From positions 187,371 to 251,370 of the forward strand of contig CBFDEM010000008.1 in NCBI GenBank assembly GCA_965603825.1: DNA of 64,000 nucleotides, in the 5' to 3' direction. The stretch's first letter is position 1; every line of letters starts with the position of its first letter. Shown here one piece after another: positions 27,266 through 38,966 of this stretch. The notes below the pieces were generated by a model, which searched no databases, had not been told where the DNA came from, and was given only the letters and a program-made list of their open reading frames with translations. Position numbers and translations under genes: made by a program. This DNA is from Blepharisma stoltei ATCC 30299 (taxonomy: Eukaryota; Protista; Ciliophora).

Positions 27266-29593
27266 TTATTTCTGCATTTTTTGGAGTAGTTCAATACGGT
27301 CTCGACCTAATACATCATTAATAAAATTGATATCTTTTTCAGAAAGTTTTCATTCATTCCCAGTGAAAGCGCAACCTTCTTGATTTTCTTGCATCAAATT
27401 ATAAGCCCTATTAAAGTCCTGCAAAGCTGCTGCTTCTTGTCTGAGTTTAATAAATACTCTAGCTCGGTTGCATAAATGCAAAGGATTATTGGATTCAAGC
27501 TTTATTGCCTCATCATAGCATTGCATTGCTTCTTGATATCTCTCTAAAACATAAAGAGTATTGCTTTTATCATTATAATACTTGGCATTATTTGGATTGA
27601 TTTTGATTGCTTTGTCATAGCTTTCTAATGCATCTGGATATCTTCCTAATTCATTTAAAGCACATCCTTTATTATGGTAGAAACGTTCATCGTTTGAAAA
27701 AAGTTTAATTGATTCATCATAGCATTCTACTGCTTCGGAATCTCTTCCTAATTTTTGAAGAGAAATTCCTTTATAATAGTAAAAATCAGCATTGCTTGGA
27801 TTGAGCTTGATTGCTTCGTCATAACATTCGATTACATCTAGATATTTTTTTAATTCGTAAAAAGCATTGCCTTTTTTACTGTAAAAATCAACATTGTTTG
27901 GACTGAGTTTGATTGCTTCATCATAGCATTCGATTGAATCTAAATATCTTTTTAATTCGTAAAAAGCATTGCCTTTTTTATTGTAAAACAAAGCATTATT
28001 TGGGATGAGCTTGATTGCTTTGTCATAGCATTCGATTGCATCTAGATATCTTCCTAAATAATAAAAAGCGTTGCCTTTTTTATTGTAAAAAAAGACATTT
28101 TTTGGGTTGAGTTTGATTGCTTGGTCATAGCATTCGATTGCATCTAGATATCTTTCTAAATCATAAAAAGAGTTGCCTTTTTTATTGTAAAACAATGCGT
28201 TATTTGGATTGATTTTGATTGCTTCGTCATAGCATTGGATTGCTTCTAGATATCTTCCTAAATAATAAAAAGCGTTGCCTTTTTTATTGTAAAAAAAGAC
28301 ATTTTTTGGGTTGAGTTTGATTGCTTGGTCATAGCATTCGATTGCATCTAGATATCTTTCTAAATCATAAAAAGAGTTGCCTTTTTTATTGTAAAACAAT
28401 GCGTTATTTGGATTGATTTTGATTGCTTCGTCATAGCATTGGATTGCTTCTAGATATCTTCCTAAATGATAAAAAGCATCGCCTTTGTTTTCATAAAAAC
28501 CAGCATTCTTTGGATTGATTTTGATTGATTCGTTACAGCATTCGATTGCTTCTAGATTTTCTCCTAAAGCCTTTAGAGTATTGCCTGTTAGACTTCATTC
28601 ATCTAAATAATAAGGTTCGAGCTTAAAACTCTGGTTATTGCATTTTCTTGCTTCAATTGTTTTACCTGCTCTTCTAAGTCAGACATGCTTATTACAGTAA
28701 GTAACATCAATAATGACTTTTTGATCTAAATTAAAAAAATAATATTCTCTGCTCGATTTAGAAACAGTTGAGATGTATATTCCTCCTTTATTATATGAAC
28801 AATAAACTTGAAGAGGATTGCAATTAATTGTTGATTTTCCTACTCGTCACCAATTCATGCAACTTCCAATATCGCTTTCATAGATTGATCCATAAGGACA
28901 TTCAATCAAATATAATCTATCTGCATTTATCAGGATCTTTCTTTTACCATATACAAATTCATAAGGAATCGTCGAGAAAGAGTCAATATCAATTGAGTAT
29001 AACCAAAGATTTCTATTTTTAATTCCAGAAATCAAAATGTTTCCATTAAATACTATAGTATGGCATTCAGAGTCAGCTTGCGGCATCGGAGTTAATTGAA
29101 TTCATCGATTTCGATCCAAATCAAATCTACTAGATAGAGTTAAATAACCTTGATTATATCCTCCAAAGCAATAGATGCTGCTGTTGGAATAAATACATGA
29201 TGAGTATAAGCAAGGAGTTCCAGATGGTAGCCAATCGATTCCACCATCCGAATCAATCAGCACTGTAATTCCAGAAGGTGGAAAATAATCACTTCCGCCA
29301 AAACAGAATAGCTTGCCATTTGGAAGTTGAGTTATGCAAGTGCTCGAGTCTAGTGGTCTCACAGTCTCCAAGTTTTTGACTTCTTCTTGGGTTTCAGTGT
29401 TATAAATAATTAAATTAATTTTGTTGTATTTATCTTTTGTAATCGCATAAAGAGATGCTTTTTGTTGATAAGCTTTAAGATAGTCTTGGTAAGCTTGCAT
29501 TAGTGGTGAATCATAAAGACTAGAATTGATCTGATATGCTAAACAATGAGTTACCAGGAAGACTGTCCATATCATACTGCATCTTGCTCTCAT
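27266..29593 (-). CDS. Kelch-like beta-propeller + TPR array protein, ~775 aa (start uncertain)
   Basis: ORFs 29102-29593, 28847-29086 and 27350-28399 join in frame via TGA=Trp and end at TAA 27266-27268. CITQLPNGKLFCFGG and SSIYCFGG blades are followed by ~11 TPRs. Confidence 0.82.
28030..28470 (-). repeat. Near-perfect 204-bp (two-TPR, 68-aa) tandem duplication
   Basis: The peptide FYNKKGNSFYDLERYLDAIECYDQAIKLNPKNVFFYNKKGNAFYYLGRYL occurs twice, with matching DNA. Confidence 0.85.
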
Positions 29594-29797
29594 GCATTAT
29601 TCAGCTTGCGTGTGATATGTCTAAAAGTCAGCCTCCTCGGATGGATTGAGCAAATAAACCCTAAGCCTTCAAAATGCCTTGGATCAGGTTAGGAGGCTAT
29701 TCACTCCTTCTCATTGCATGTCTGATGTTCCTGGATAAAGATTTTCTAGGAAACTGAACCTTAGGGGAGGAAATATTGCTCTCTAAATTTAATATGC

Positions 29798-32267
29798 GTG
29801 CCGCTTTACTATTTTCAAATTTTTGATGGGACTCTTTTACGATTCTACACCTTATTGAATAGGAGTCTATCAGATACATTTGAAGCATTTTTTAAAAGAA
29901 ATCCAATTTGCTATAATTTTATTCAGACAATAGAAAGAAGATTACCCGAAGTATCAACTGATCTTAAAAATATTCTTTTTGTTAAAAAAAAGAGTCTAAA
30001 ATAAAAGAATCTATTTGTAAAGGCGAATATAAATTAATTTCCAGCTTTAATGATAAGCAAGTCTTATGCTTATTTGATGAACAGTGGTATGATTGCAACA
30101 GCAAAGAAGCAAAACAACTACTAAAAGGACAGTTGAATTTCGTTTGCCCAACAACTTTGGTTTATTTGAGACTGAAAAAATCTTTGATGGATCACGATAT
30201 TAAAATAACATCTGAGAAAAGCCAAAGAGTACAAAAATTGCTATCTGATAATAGAGTAAAAGAACTTTACAGCAGAAACGCTTCAGCAGAGCGTACAGCT
30301 CCCTCTTCTAAAAATTGGTTTAAATCTCCTGATCCATTTCCAAGTGCGTTCAATCATAAAGCGTCTGGTACAGAATCAAAAATATTAGAAAGTGATGAAT
30401 ATAATAGCGAAAATCACAAAGAAATAAAAGGAGAGATTAAGTCGATAGGAAATCAGTTTGACAAAAATACTGGATGTGACACTGAAAAAGACGATTTGAA
30501 GATAAAAATATTAATTGAAAAGTCCTTAGCTGACGTAGAGGCAAGATTAAGAAAAGAATTTGAAAGGAAACTCCAGAAAAATTTAGAAATATATAGCCAT
30601 GAAGAGTCTTTAAGATATCAGCAAGCCAATAAAGCCAAAGAAGATTTATTAAACTTTATAGATCCCGAGGCAATTATTGAGAAAGCAAGAAAAAGAGCAT
30701 ATGGCGATCTAGTATCAATTAATAATCAAAGCTATGAACAGTTTTATAATGTGTATATAAAACCATTGGATGAAAAATTCAAAAATTTTGATTCTAAATT
30801 AAAACAATTTGATATCACAAAGAATAATATAGATCCAGAGGCAATTATCGAGGAAGCAAGAAAAAGAGCACATGACGACCTAGTATCAACTATTGATCAA
30901 AATTATAAACAATTATATAATTTGTATCAAGAAATAAAATCAAGTTCTGCAATTGATTTAAAAATACTGCAAGAGTCTAACCAAAATACTGAATGCAAGC
31001 TTGCTGAATTGGAAAATTATTTGAAACCTAAAATTGGTATGCTTAATCTTAAATATGACAATTTGGATTCTTCTTTCACAAGCAAACTGGAACAAATTAA
31101 CCAGAAATTTATAAATATTCCAAGTAAGCAACAAATCGATGAGACTTTAGCGGGTCTCCAAACTAAAATTGAGAGCTGAAATAAAGAAACAGAAAAAAAA
31201 CTAAAGGATTGGGAAGCCTTATCATCAGCTGACAAAAAATTCAATAAAGAGAAAATTGATAGCTTTGAAAATAAGATACAGCAATTAGAACATAAAAAAA
31301 ATGCCAAAATTACAGTCGAATTCGACTATTCTCAAATTGTGCCTAGTAACCAACCTATAATATCTCCTCAGCCAAAGATCCTTCCTCTAAATTTGGTTAA
31401 AGATCTCTTAAATGATCCAGAAATTCAAGCCGAAGCCCCATGTATTAGTAGCCAACAAGAAGCTCCAAGGTTAAAAGCGGATCACAGCAAAGCTTTCAGC
31501 AAATCTGGGTTGCCTAATATGTGAAATACTAGCTATATGAATTCTCTTATTCAAATCTTAGCAAGCGCTACTGAATTTGCGGAGTTTATAAAGAATTGCT
31601 CCTCTGATAAATTACTGAGAAGTTTGACACAAGTTATACAATTAATACAATCTAATTCTCCAGAGCATCAAATAAGACCCCATATAAAAGAAATCAAAGA
31701 TATCATCCCAGAAGAATACTCGATAGTAAATTTTAACGGGTTTTATAAAAACGATCCTAAAGATTTATTTATAATTATTTCAGGTAAAGTTGGGAACCCT
31801 GAGCTCTTTTCTATCATCAAAAAACAATCATTTACTTGCCAATTTAACCATAAAGAAGAAAAAGAAGACAATCAAAATTTTATAAATATTCCAGAAAATC
31901 AGCAAAATGACATAGAAAGCTTCTTAAATTGGCTAAAAGATTGGAAAAAATTTTCAGGGCAAAATCAATTACATTGTGCAAATTGTGGAGGAATGAGAGA
32001 TATTGTAATGAAAACTGAAAGCATTCAATGGCCACGCATTTTAGCAATTTATATGCCTAGTCAGTTATCACAAGAAATCCCAAGTTCTTTGCAGGTTGAA
32101 AATAATTTTTACAATCTTTTCGGAGTCATATGCTGATATGAGAAAAATTTTATTGCATTTACGAAAAATGATGAAAATGAATGGGAGAAGTATAATGATT
32201 CTGATGTGAGCAAAGCAGATCCTGATTGGAATAGGCTTTACCTGCATTTTATAAGAAAAATAATTAA
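29798..32267 (+). pseudogene. USP-A: catalytically dead USP/C19 paralog, 5'-truncated and frameshifted
   Basis: Cys box reads SGLPNMW(TGA)NTSYMNSLIQILAS (Cys to Ser), and the His box lacks His (ICWYEKNFIAFTK). There are 1-nt deletions at A8 29984-29991 and ~32241. Confidence 0.75.
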
Positions 32268-32853
32268 TTCTATTCTCTTTCGTTTGAACATGATTAAGCT
32301 TATTGACTTAAAAGACTAATAAAAGATTAAAAAGAATCATATACTATGGTTTAAAATAATGTTATGACTATATATTTAATGCTTTAAATTTTCCTTTATC
32401 TTTTTTAAGATTCCATCAATTCTTTCACATAAAGCAAAGCTATTAAATAGAGAAACTTATAATAATAATAATAATAATAATTAATAATTAATTCGATATA
32501 ACCTGTGGAATAATGTGTCAACTTTTTCTTTTCACAATTTATTCTTCTTGCCAAATAATTCAATAATTCAACGAACAAAATTTTAATATTTCAGCTGTCT
32601 TGTTTCAATCTTAACAAAGCAGATAACTTATACTAAGTTATTTAATTTCTTATTTAATATCAGCTCTTAATTTATGCTATTTTTGATTTATTGTTTAAAA
32701 TGATAATCTCAGCCTTAGCCTGATTTAATAAGCTATGCCCTATCTATTCAACAGAATTTTATAATAGTTAATTATCAATATTTTATAGCCTGAGATAAAG
32801 TTAGTTTAGGCGAAATCCATATTTTCATATTAGATTTGTAGAATTCAATAAAT

Positions 32854-35234
32854 ATGAGCACTTCTAATTTAAGAACTGTGTGCTACGTAATAGCTGCAAT
32901 CAACAATAGCAGTACTCTCAATAATCTCAACTTCCAAATTTATGAAAAAGAAATGAGTGAAACTATAGCTAAAGCTTTCAGAATCCAAATTCGAGAGAGC
33001 AATCTTAAAAGGTTCTACAACTTATTAGGCAAAAGCCTTTCAGATACATTTGAAGCAATTTTTCAAAGAAACCCAACTTGAAGCAGATATATAACTCTGA
33101 AAATAGAAGTTCAAGCTTACCAGAAGTATCAACTAATCTAAAAGATGTTCTTTTTGTTTATAAATGAACGTCTAAAATAAATGCATATATTTACGAAGGC
33201 GAATATAAGCTAATTTCCAGTTTTAATGAAAGGCAAGCCTTTTGCTTATATAATGAGCAGTGGTATGATTGCAACAATAATAGAGAATTATTAATAAAAG
33301 GATCACCTGATTTCACTTTTCCAACAACTTTGGTTTATATAAGAGTTAAAAAACCTTTGATAGTAAACAACGTTGAAATAGCATCTGAGCAAAACCGAAG
33401 AGCACAACAATTAGCATTTGAGATTAAATCAAATGGAATTGCTAAAAGAAATACTTTAGCAGAGTCTGCTTCTGTTTCCAGAAATCTTTCCAGCTCTCCT
33501 AAATCATTATCTCAAGAAAAAGACTATCAAAAGCCTATTTTTATATCAGAACCTCCAGAAAAAGCAAGATATAATAAAGAAGAGTCAAAAGAAATAGCAG
33601 AAGACAATAAGTCTAAAGAGAAAGAATGTTGCAAAATTGTTGGTTCTGAAGACAAAGCAATTGATAAGAATATAGAAATATTAAATCAAAGATGCTTAGC
33701 TGACCTTGAGGAAAGATTAACAAAAAATTTTGAAGTAAAGCTCAAGAAAAGTTTAAAAGAATACAAAAATGAAGAATCTCAGCAATTCAATAAAGCCACA
33801 AAAGATCTACTTATCTCTATTGTTAATTATGATAAAATGAATGAGGAAAAAATAATGAAAATGAAAAATGAGCTAATAAATTTAGAAAAAAAATGCTTTG
33901 GTTTATTACAAAATTTGCCGCAGGGATTAAAATCTTTAGATGCCAAATTCAAAGAGCTTGATCTTAAAAAAAATATTGAAATGCTCAATCTTAAATATGA
34001 TACTTTATCAAAAGACTTGGAAACTTCTATCATAAGCAAACTGAAACAAATTGACAAGAAATTTATAAATATTCCAAGCAAGCAACAAATCGATGAGACT
34101 TTAGCAAGTCTTCAAATTAAAATTGAGAGCTGAAATAAAGAAACAGAAAAAAAACTAAAGGATTTGGAAGCCTTATTATCAGCTGACACAAAATTCAATA
34201 AAGAGAAAAATGATAAGCTCGGGAATGGCTTTGAAAATAAGATACAGCAATTAGAACACAAAAAAAATGCCAAAAGTCAAATCGAATTCAGTTATTCTCA
34301 AATTGTGCCTAGTAGCCAATTTGTAATATCTCCTCAGCCAAAGATCCTTCCTCTAAATTTAGTTAAAGATCCCTTAAATAATCCGCAAATTCAAGCCGAA
34401 GTTCCATGCATAAGTAGCCAGCAAGATCTTCCAAGGCTAAAAACGGATCAAAGCAAAGCTTTCAGCAAATCTGGATTACCTAATATGTGAAATACTAACT
34501 ATATGAATTCTCTTATTCAAATTTTAGCAAGTGCAACTGAATTTGTGGAGTTTATAAAGAATTGCTCTTCTGATAAATTACTGAGAAGTTTGAGCCAAGT
34601 TATTCAATTAATACAATCTAATTCTCCAGATCATCAAATAAGACCCCATATAAAAGAAATTAGAGATATCATCCCAGAAGAATACTCGATGGTAAATTTT
34701 AACGGGTTTTATAAAAACGATCCTAAAGATCTATTTAGAATTATTTCAAGTAAAGCTGAGAATCCTGAGCTCTTTTCTATCATCAAAAAACAATCTTTTA
34801 CTTGCCAATTTGACCATAAAGAAGAAAATGAAGACAGTCAAAATTTTATAAATATTCCAGAAAATCAGCAAAATGACATAGAAAGCTTCTTAAATGGGTT
34901 AAAAGAGTGGAAATTTTTTTCAGGGCAAAATCAATTGCATTGTGCAAATTGTGGAGGATTGAGAGATATTGTAATGAAAACTGAAAGCATTCAATGGCCA
35001 CGCGTTTTAGCAATTTATATGCCTAGTCAGTTATCACAAGAAATCCCAAGCTCTTTGCAGGTTGAAAATAATTTTTACAATCTTTTCGGAGTCATATGCT
35101 GATATGAGACAAATTTTATAGCATTTACGAAAAATGATGAAAATGAATGGGAGAAGTATAATGATTTTGATGTGAGCAAAGCAGATCCTGATTTGAATAG
35201 ACTTTATCTTGCATTTTATAAGAAAAATAATTAA
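32854..35234 (+). pseudogene. USP-B: catalytically dead USP paralog, tandem duplicate of USP-A, one frameshift at ~33095
   Basis: SGLPNMWNTNYMNS (Cys to Asn), no His. The 3' half is near-identical to USP-A. Stop is TAA 35232-35234. Confidence 0.75.
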
Positions 35235-35310
35235 TTCTAATTAGCATATAAAATGGCTTAATCACTCTTATAGCTGAAATTTAATAGAAGTAAAATTTAT
35301 AGAATCCAAA

Positions 35311-37740
35311 ATGGAGTCTTCAGTCATCTCTTTCTGTCAGAACTGGTCAATAGTTTCAGCAATTTATATTTTTCAAGCAATTAATATAAATCAGCGTCTC
35401 AATCCAGATACAACTACAGGATATAACTTAAAGCAATGACTTGAAGAAGCAGCTCAGTGCCGCCTACCCTCAATTGATTTAAGCAAGTTTAATAGCCCAG
35501 TTTCCCAAAGCAGTTTACAAGACAGACTAGATGAGCTTTATTCCCTACTTAAAAATAATGATATCCCCAATCAAAAGCGATCGATAAAATATTTATCAAT
35601 TTCAAATAAAAAACTCATGGACGATAATCAAATAAATAAAAATACTATTGCTTTTTTCGCAAGGCTTGAAGGATCAGGAAATATTCAAACAAATCTTATG
35701 ATAAAAAACGTCAATTGAAGGCTTGCTGCAGTCTTTTCAGGGAATCCAAAGATTTGCTTTTGCTATATTGATAATCAATGGAAGAATTTAAGCTGCAAAT
35801 GTATGAACAATAATTGAAATGGATCTGACACTATTCTTTGCTATACCAAAGACAAAAAACTAGAACCGATAAGTATAAATATCTCGAATCTGCAGAACAC
35901 AGACTGTTTATTCTGCATGGGAAATAAAAATGCAGTAAAGAATGAAAAGAAAAATGCAGGAAAAGCGATAAATAAAGGCAACTTAACTGCTAATAAAAAC
36001 AGCCTTAAAGAAGAGAGCAAAATTGAGACTCCTCAAAAGAAGAAGAAAAATAATAATAATTGTATAGAGGGGCAAAAAAAAAAAGGCAGCTCCGGTAACT
36101 GTCGTATTTCGATAATAAATAACTCAACAAAACTAAGTGTTTTTACTAAGCCTATTACTTGCGTCGATTTTTTATCTAAAACTAGTGAATCAAATACAAG
36201 AGAGTCTGATATATCAGTCCCACAAGATCCTGCATTTCATGACTTCTCATGCCAATATTCACAAGGAGATCTATTCCCTAGCCAAGGTCCTATTTTTCAA
36301 GACTTCTCATGTCAATATTCCGAAGAAAATTTGTGCCAGAATCAAAAACAAAGTAATTTCGACAAATGTTTTGACCATCAAAAACAAATTGACAGCTTGA
36401 AAAGCAAAATAAAACAGCAAGAAAAAAAAATCGAGGATCTAGAGTTAACTTCTAAAAATGAAGCAAGAAAAGGGGAAAAAAAAGAAATTTTGCTTAATTT
36501 AGAGAATAGCAAAAGAGAAATTAATGATTTAAAAGAGACTATTGATGATAAAGAAAGAAAAATTAAAAAATTAGAACAAGAATTAGAATGTGAAAAAAGT
36601 AAAAACAAAGATTTTAGCATAAAGGAGATTGACAGTTTAAAAAAACTAAACGAGGAAATGAATAAATCAGATGAGAAAAGCAATAATCCTCCACAAAGTA
36701 CTCTATGATGCTTTAAAGAATTAAGAAGAAATTTTTTAATAATTGAAAATTCAAAGGAGAGTATCATGATAGCTTCAACTATGAAAAACCCTATTAAAAT
36801 GACTGAAAGTTGTAAAGAAATCAATAATTATGACCAAATTAAAAATAAAAATGCAATTTTTGAAGAAGAGAAGGCAGTTAAAGAAAACTTAAATATATAT
36901 TCAGTGCCAATTTTTCAATATAGAAAATGGGGACTGCCTAATATAGGAAACAGCTGCTATATGAATTCTTTATTACAAATTTTAGCTAGTACTAACTGCT
37001 TTGTAAAAGCAGTTCAAAATATTTCGAATTGTCCTATGCTTGAAAAAATCTCGATATTAGCAGAACAAATTAGAAACAAGTCAACTAAAATGCAAGCTTT
37101 AATATCATCTCTAGAAAACTTTAGATTAGAAATAGGCAAACAATTTCCACACGTAAGTTCTACTTAGATAAGCTCATTTGCACAGCAAGATTGCAAAGAA
37201 ATTTTTCAAATAATTGCAGCTTCCCTAGACGAAATTATTCCAAATAATAATATTTTTTCTATTTTTGTCAAGCAAAATCAATATTGCTACTCCTGCAAGC
37301 GAGAGACTCATTTGCTTGACGAATACCAGAGCTTTTTAATAATCCCAACAACTAGTCAAGGAGATTTGAAAACTGTAGTAAAAGAAAGGGTTACAATGGA
37401 AAAAGTTTATGCTAAGAAAAATCAATTATTTTGTGAAAATTGTAAAGGAAAAAGAAAAATTAAGATCAAAATGGTAGAACATAAATGGCCTGAAGTCCTT
37501 GTTTTGTATTTTCCTGAAGAAAGCAGGCAGGTTAAACTAGATGAAAACTTAGATGTTGGAGAATGTAAATTTTTATTGTATGGAGTAATCAAATATATTG
37601 GCTCTGGCATGTTTGGGCACTATACTGCTATGACCAAAGATGGAAAGATTTGGAATATCTACAATGACGATAAGGTTTATAAGACCCAATTTGAAGAAGA
37701 GGATAAATATTTAGCATTTTATAAGAGAATAAACAATTAA
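35311..37740 (+). CDS. USP-C: intact ubiquitin-specific protease (C19), N-domain + coiled coil + minimal USP domain; intron 37153-37167
   Basis: Open from ATG 35311 with TGA=Trp. Motifs: GLPNIGNSCYMNSLLQ, QQDCKE (after splicing), CYSC/CENC Zn pairs, GHYTA, WNIYNDDKV, YLAFYKR. Confidence 0.88.
37153..37167 (+). other. 15-nt spliceosomal intron GTAAGTTCTACTTAG
   Basis: GT..AG, 15 nt, contains the in-frame stop. Removal restores ISSFAQQDCKE. Confidence 0.9.
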
Positions 37741-38966
37741 TTTCTTTTATTAATATTTATACCAATTTGAGATTTTTTATTATTTTAATAAATTGATCAA
37801 TGAAGTAAATGAATTTATAAGTGATTGTCATAATTAGGAAAGTATTTGAGCGTTTTTATATTTTTATTTTTAATAATCATCTACCTTCTAAGTGATATTA
37901 TGCAGTATATTGCTCACTTCCTTATATTATCTTAGTTTTACAGTTTATATATGTAATATAAAATGCCAAAGTTCATTAATTTATTTATTTAAATATTGTT
38001 TAAATATTAAATTTATATATCTAACGCTAAATAAATATTACCTATTCATAAAATTAGGACTTTTTATTTTTCAAAATACGATACTATATTAATTTCCGAG
38101 CTCAAAATGACCTGCAAGCTTTCCTTTCTTATGATGCTTGATTGTTTTCCACATCTAAAAGGGAATATCTATTAAAGCTAAAAGAAAATAATGGCTCTAT
38201 GTCTTTATACAGGATAAATTCTAATAAAGTCACTAATAGTTCTTGGGCATCTTGCTGGCCCCCATGTATAAATACAGGAAATGCTGCATCAATTTCATAT
38301 TTTTAACAATCTTACTTACGCATTTTGAGACGTTTAAATAGCAGATGTTTCTAATAAAAGTTCTACTGAGGCTTCATAAATTTATCTTGCATAAGCCATG
38401 CAAAGATTTGCCTGGTCTTCATTGTGGACTTCAGGAAGAATACGTGAATTTCTTGGAATTTTCTGACAGCAAGCACGGATAAATGCAAATTGGCAGGGCT
38501 GTTTTCTTTTAAATAATCAGTATGCATAAAAGGCTTTAATCCTTAATAGAAATCTCATATGGTCGAAAATCATAATTGAAAAGTTTTCTTCCTTTTTCAA
38601 CTGTCCCATGTTTTAAATAATAAGGATAATCATCATGCAAAGAGAATCATAATTAATTATTTATTTTTAAGAATTAATTATTATTTGCATAGATATATTA
38701 ATTTATTTTTATATCTTTCTTTATTAGCTCTTCTTCCTGAAAAGCCTAAAACATTATTTAAAAAATGGCATAAAAGAAAGCAAATTAACTCATATTTATT
38801 TCATATTACAGATAGAGAAAATCATAATAAAATATATAAATTGCTGACTAAAAGCTATTTCAAATATAACTAAATTGCATTATTATCCTAGATATTATAA
38901 ATAATCTGTAAGAGCTCGCTATTTTTAATTTTAATAATATTTATAAAATAGCTATAGGATTTATGA

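Noticed and set aside
29984-30004. AAA-TAA next to a frameshift, resembling Euplotes programmed frameshifting
   Set aside because: The indels in the array go in both directions, mostly lack this motif and are absent from paralogs. Mutation or sequencing error is simpler.
37892-38873. AT-rich ORFs 37892-38092 and 38685-38873
   Set aside because: They have non-ATG starts, low complexity and no motifs, and are likely intergenic.
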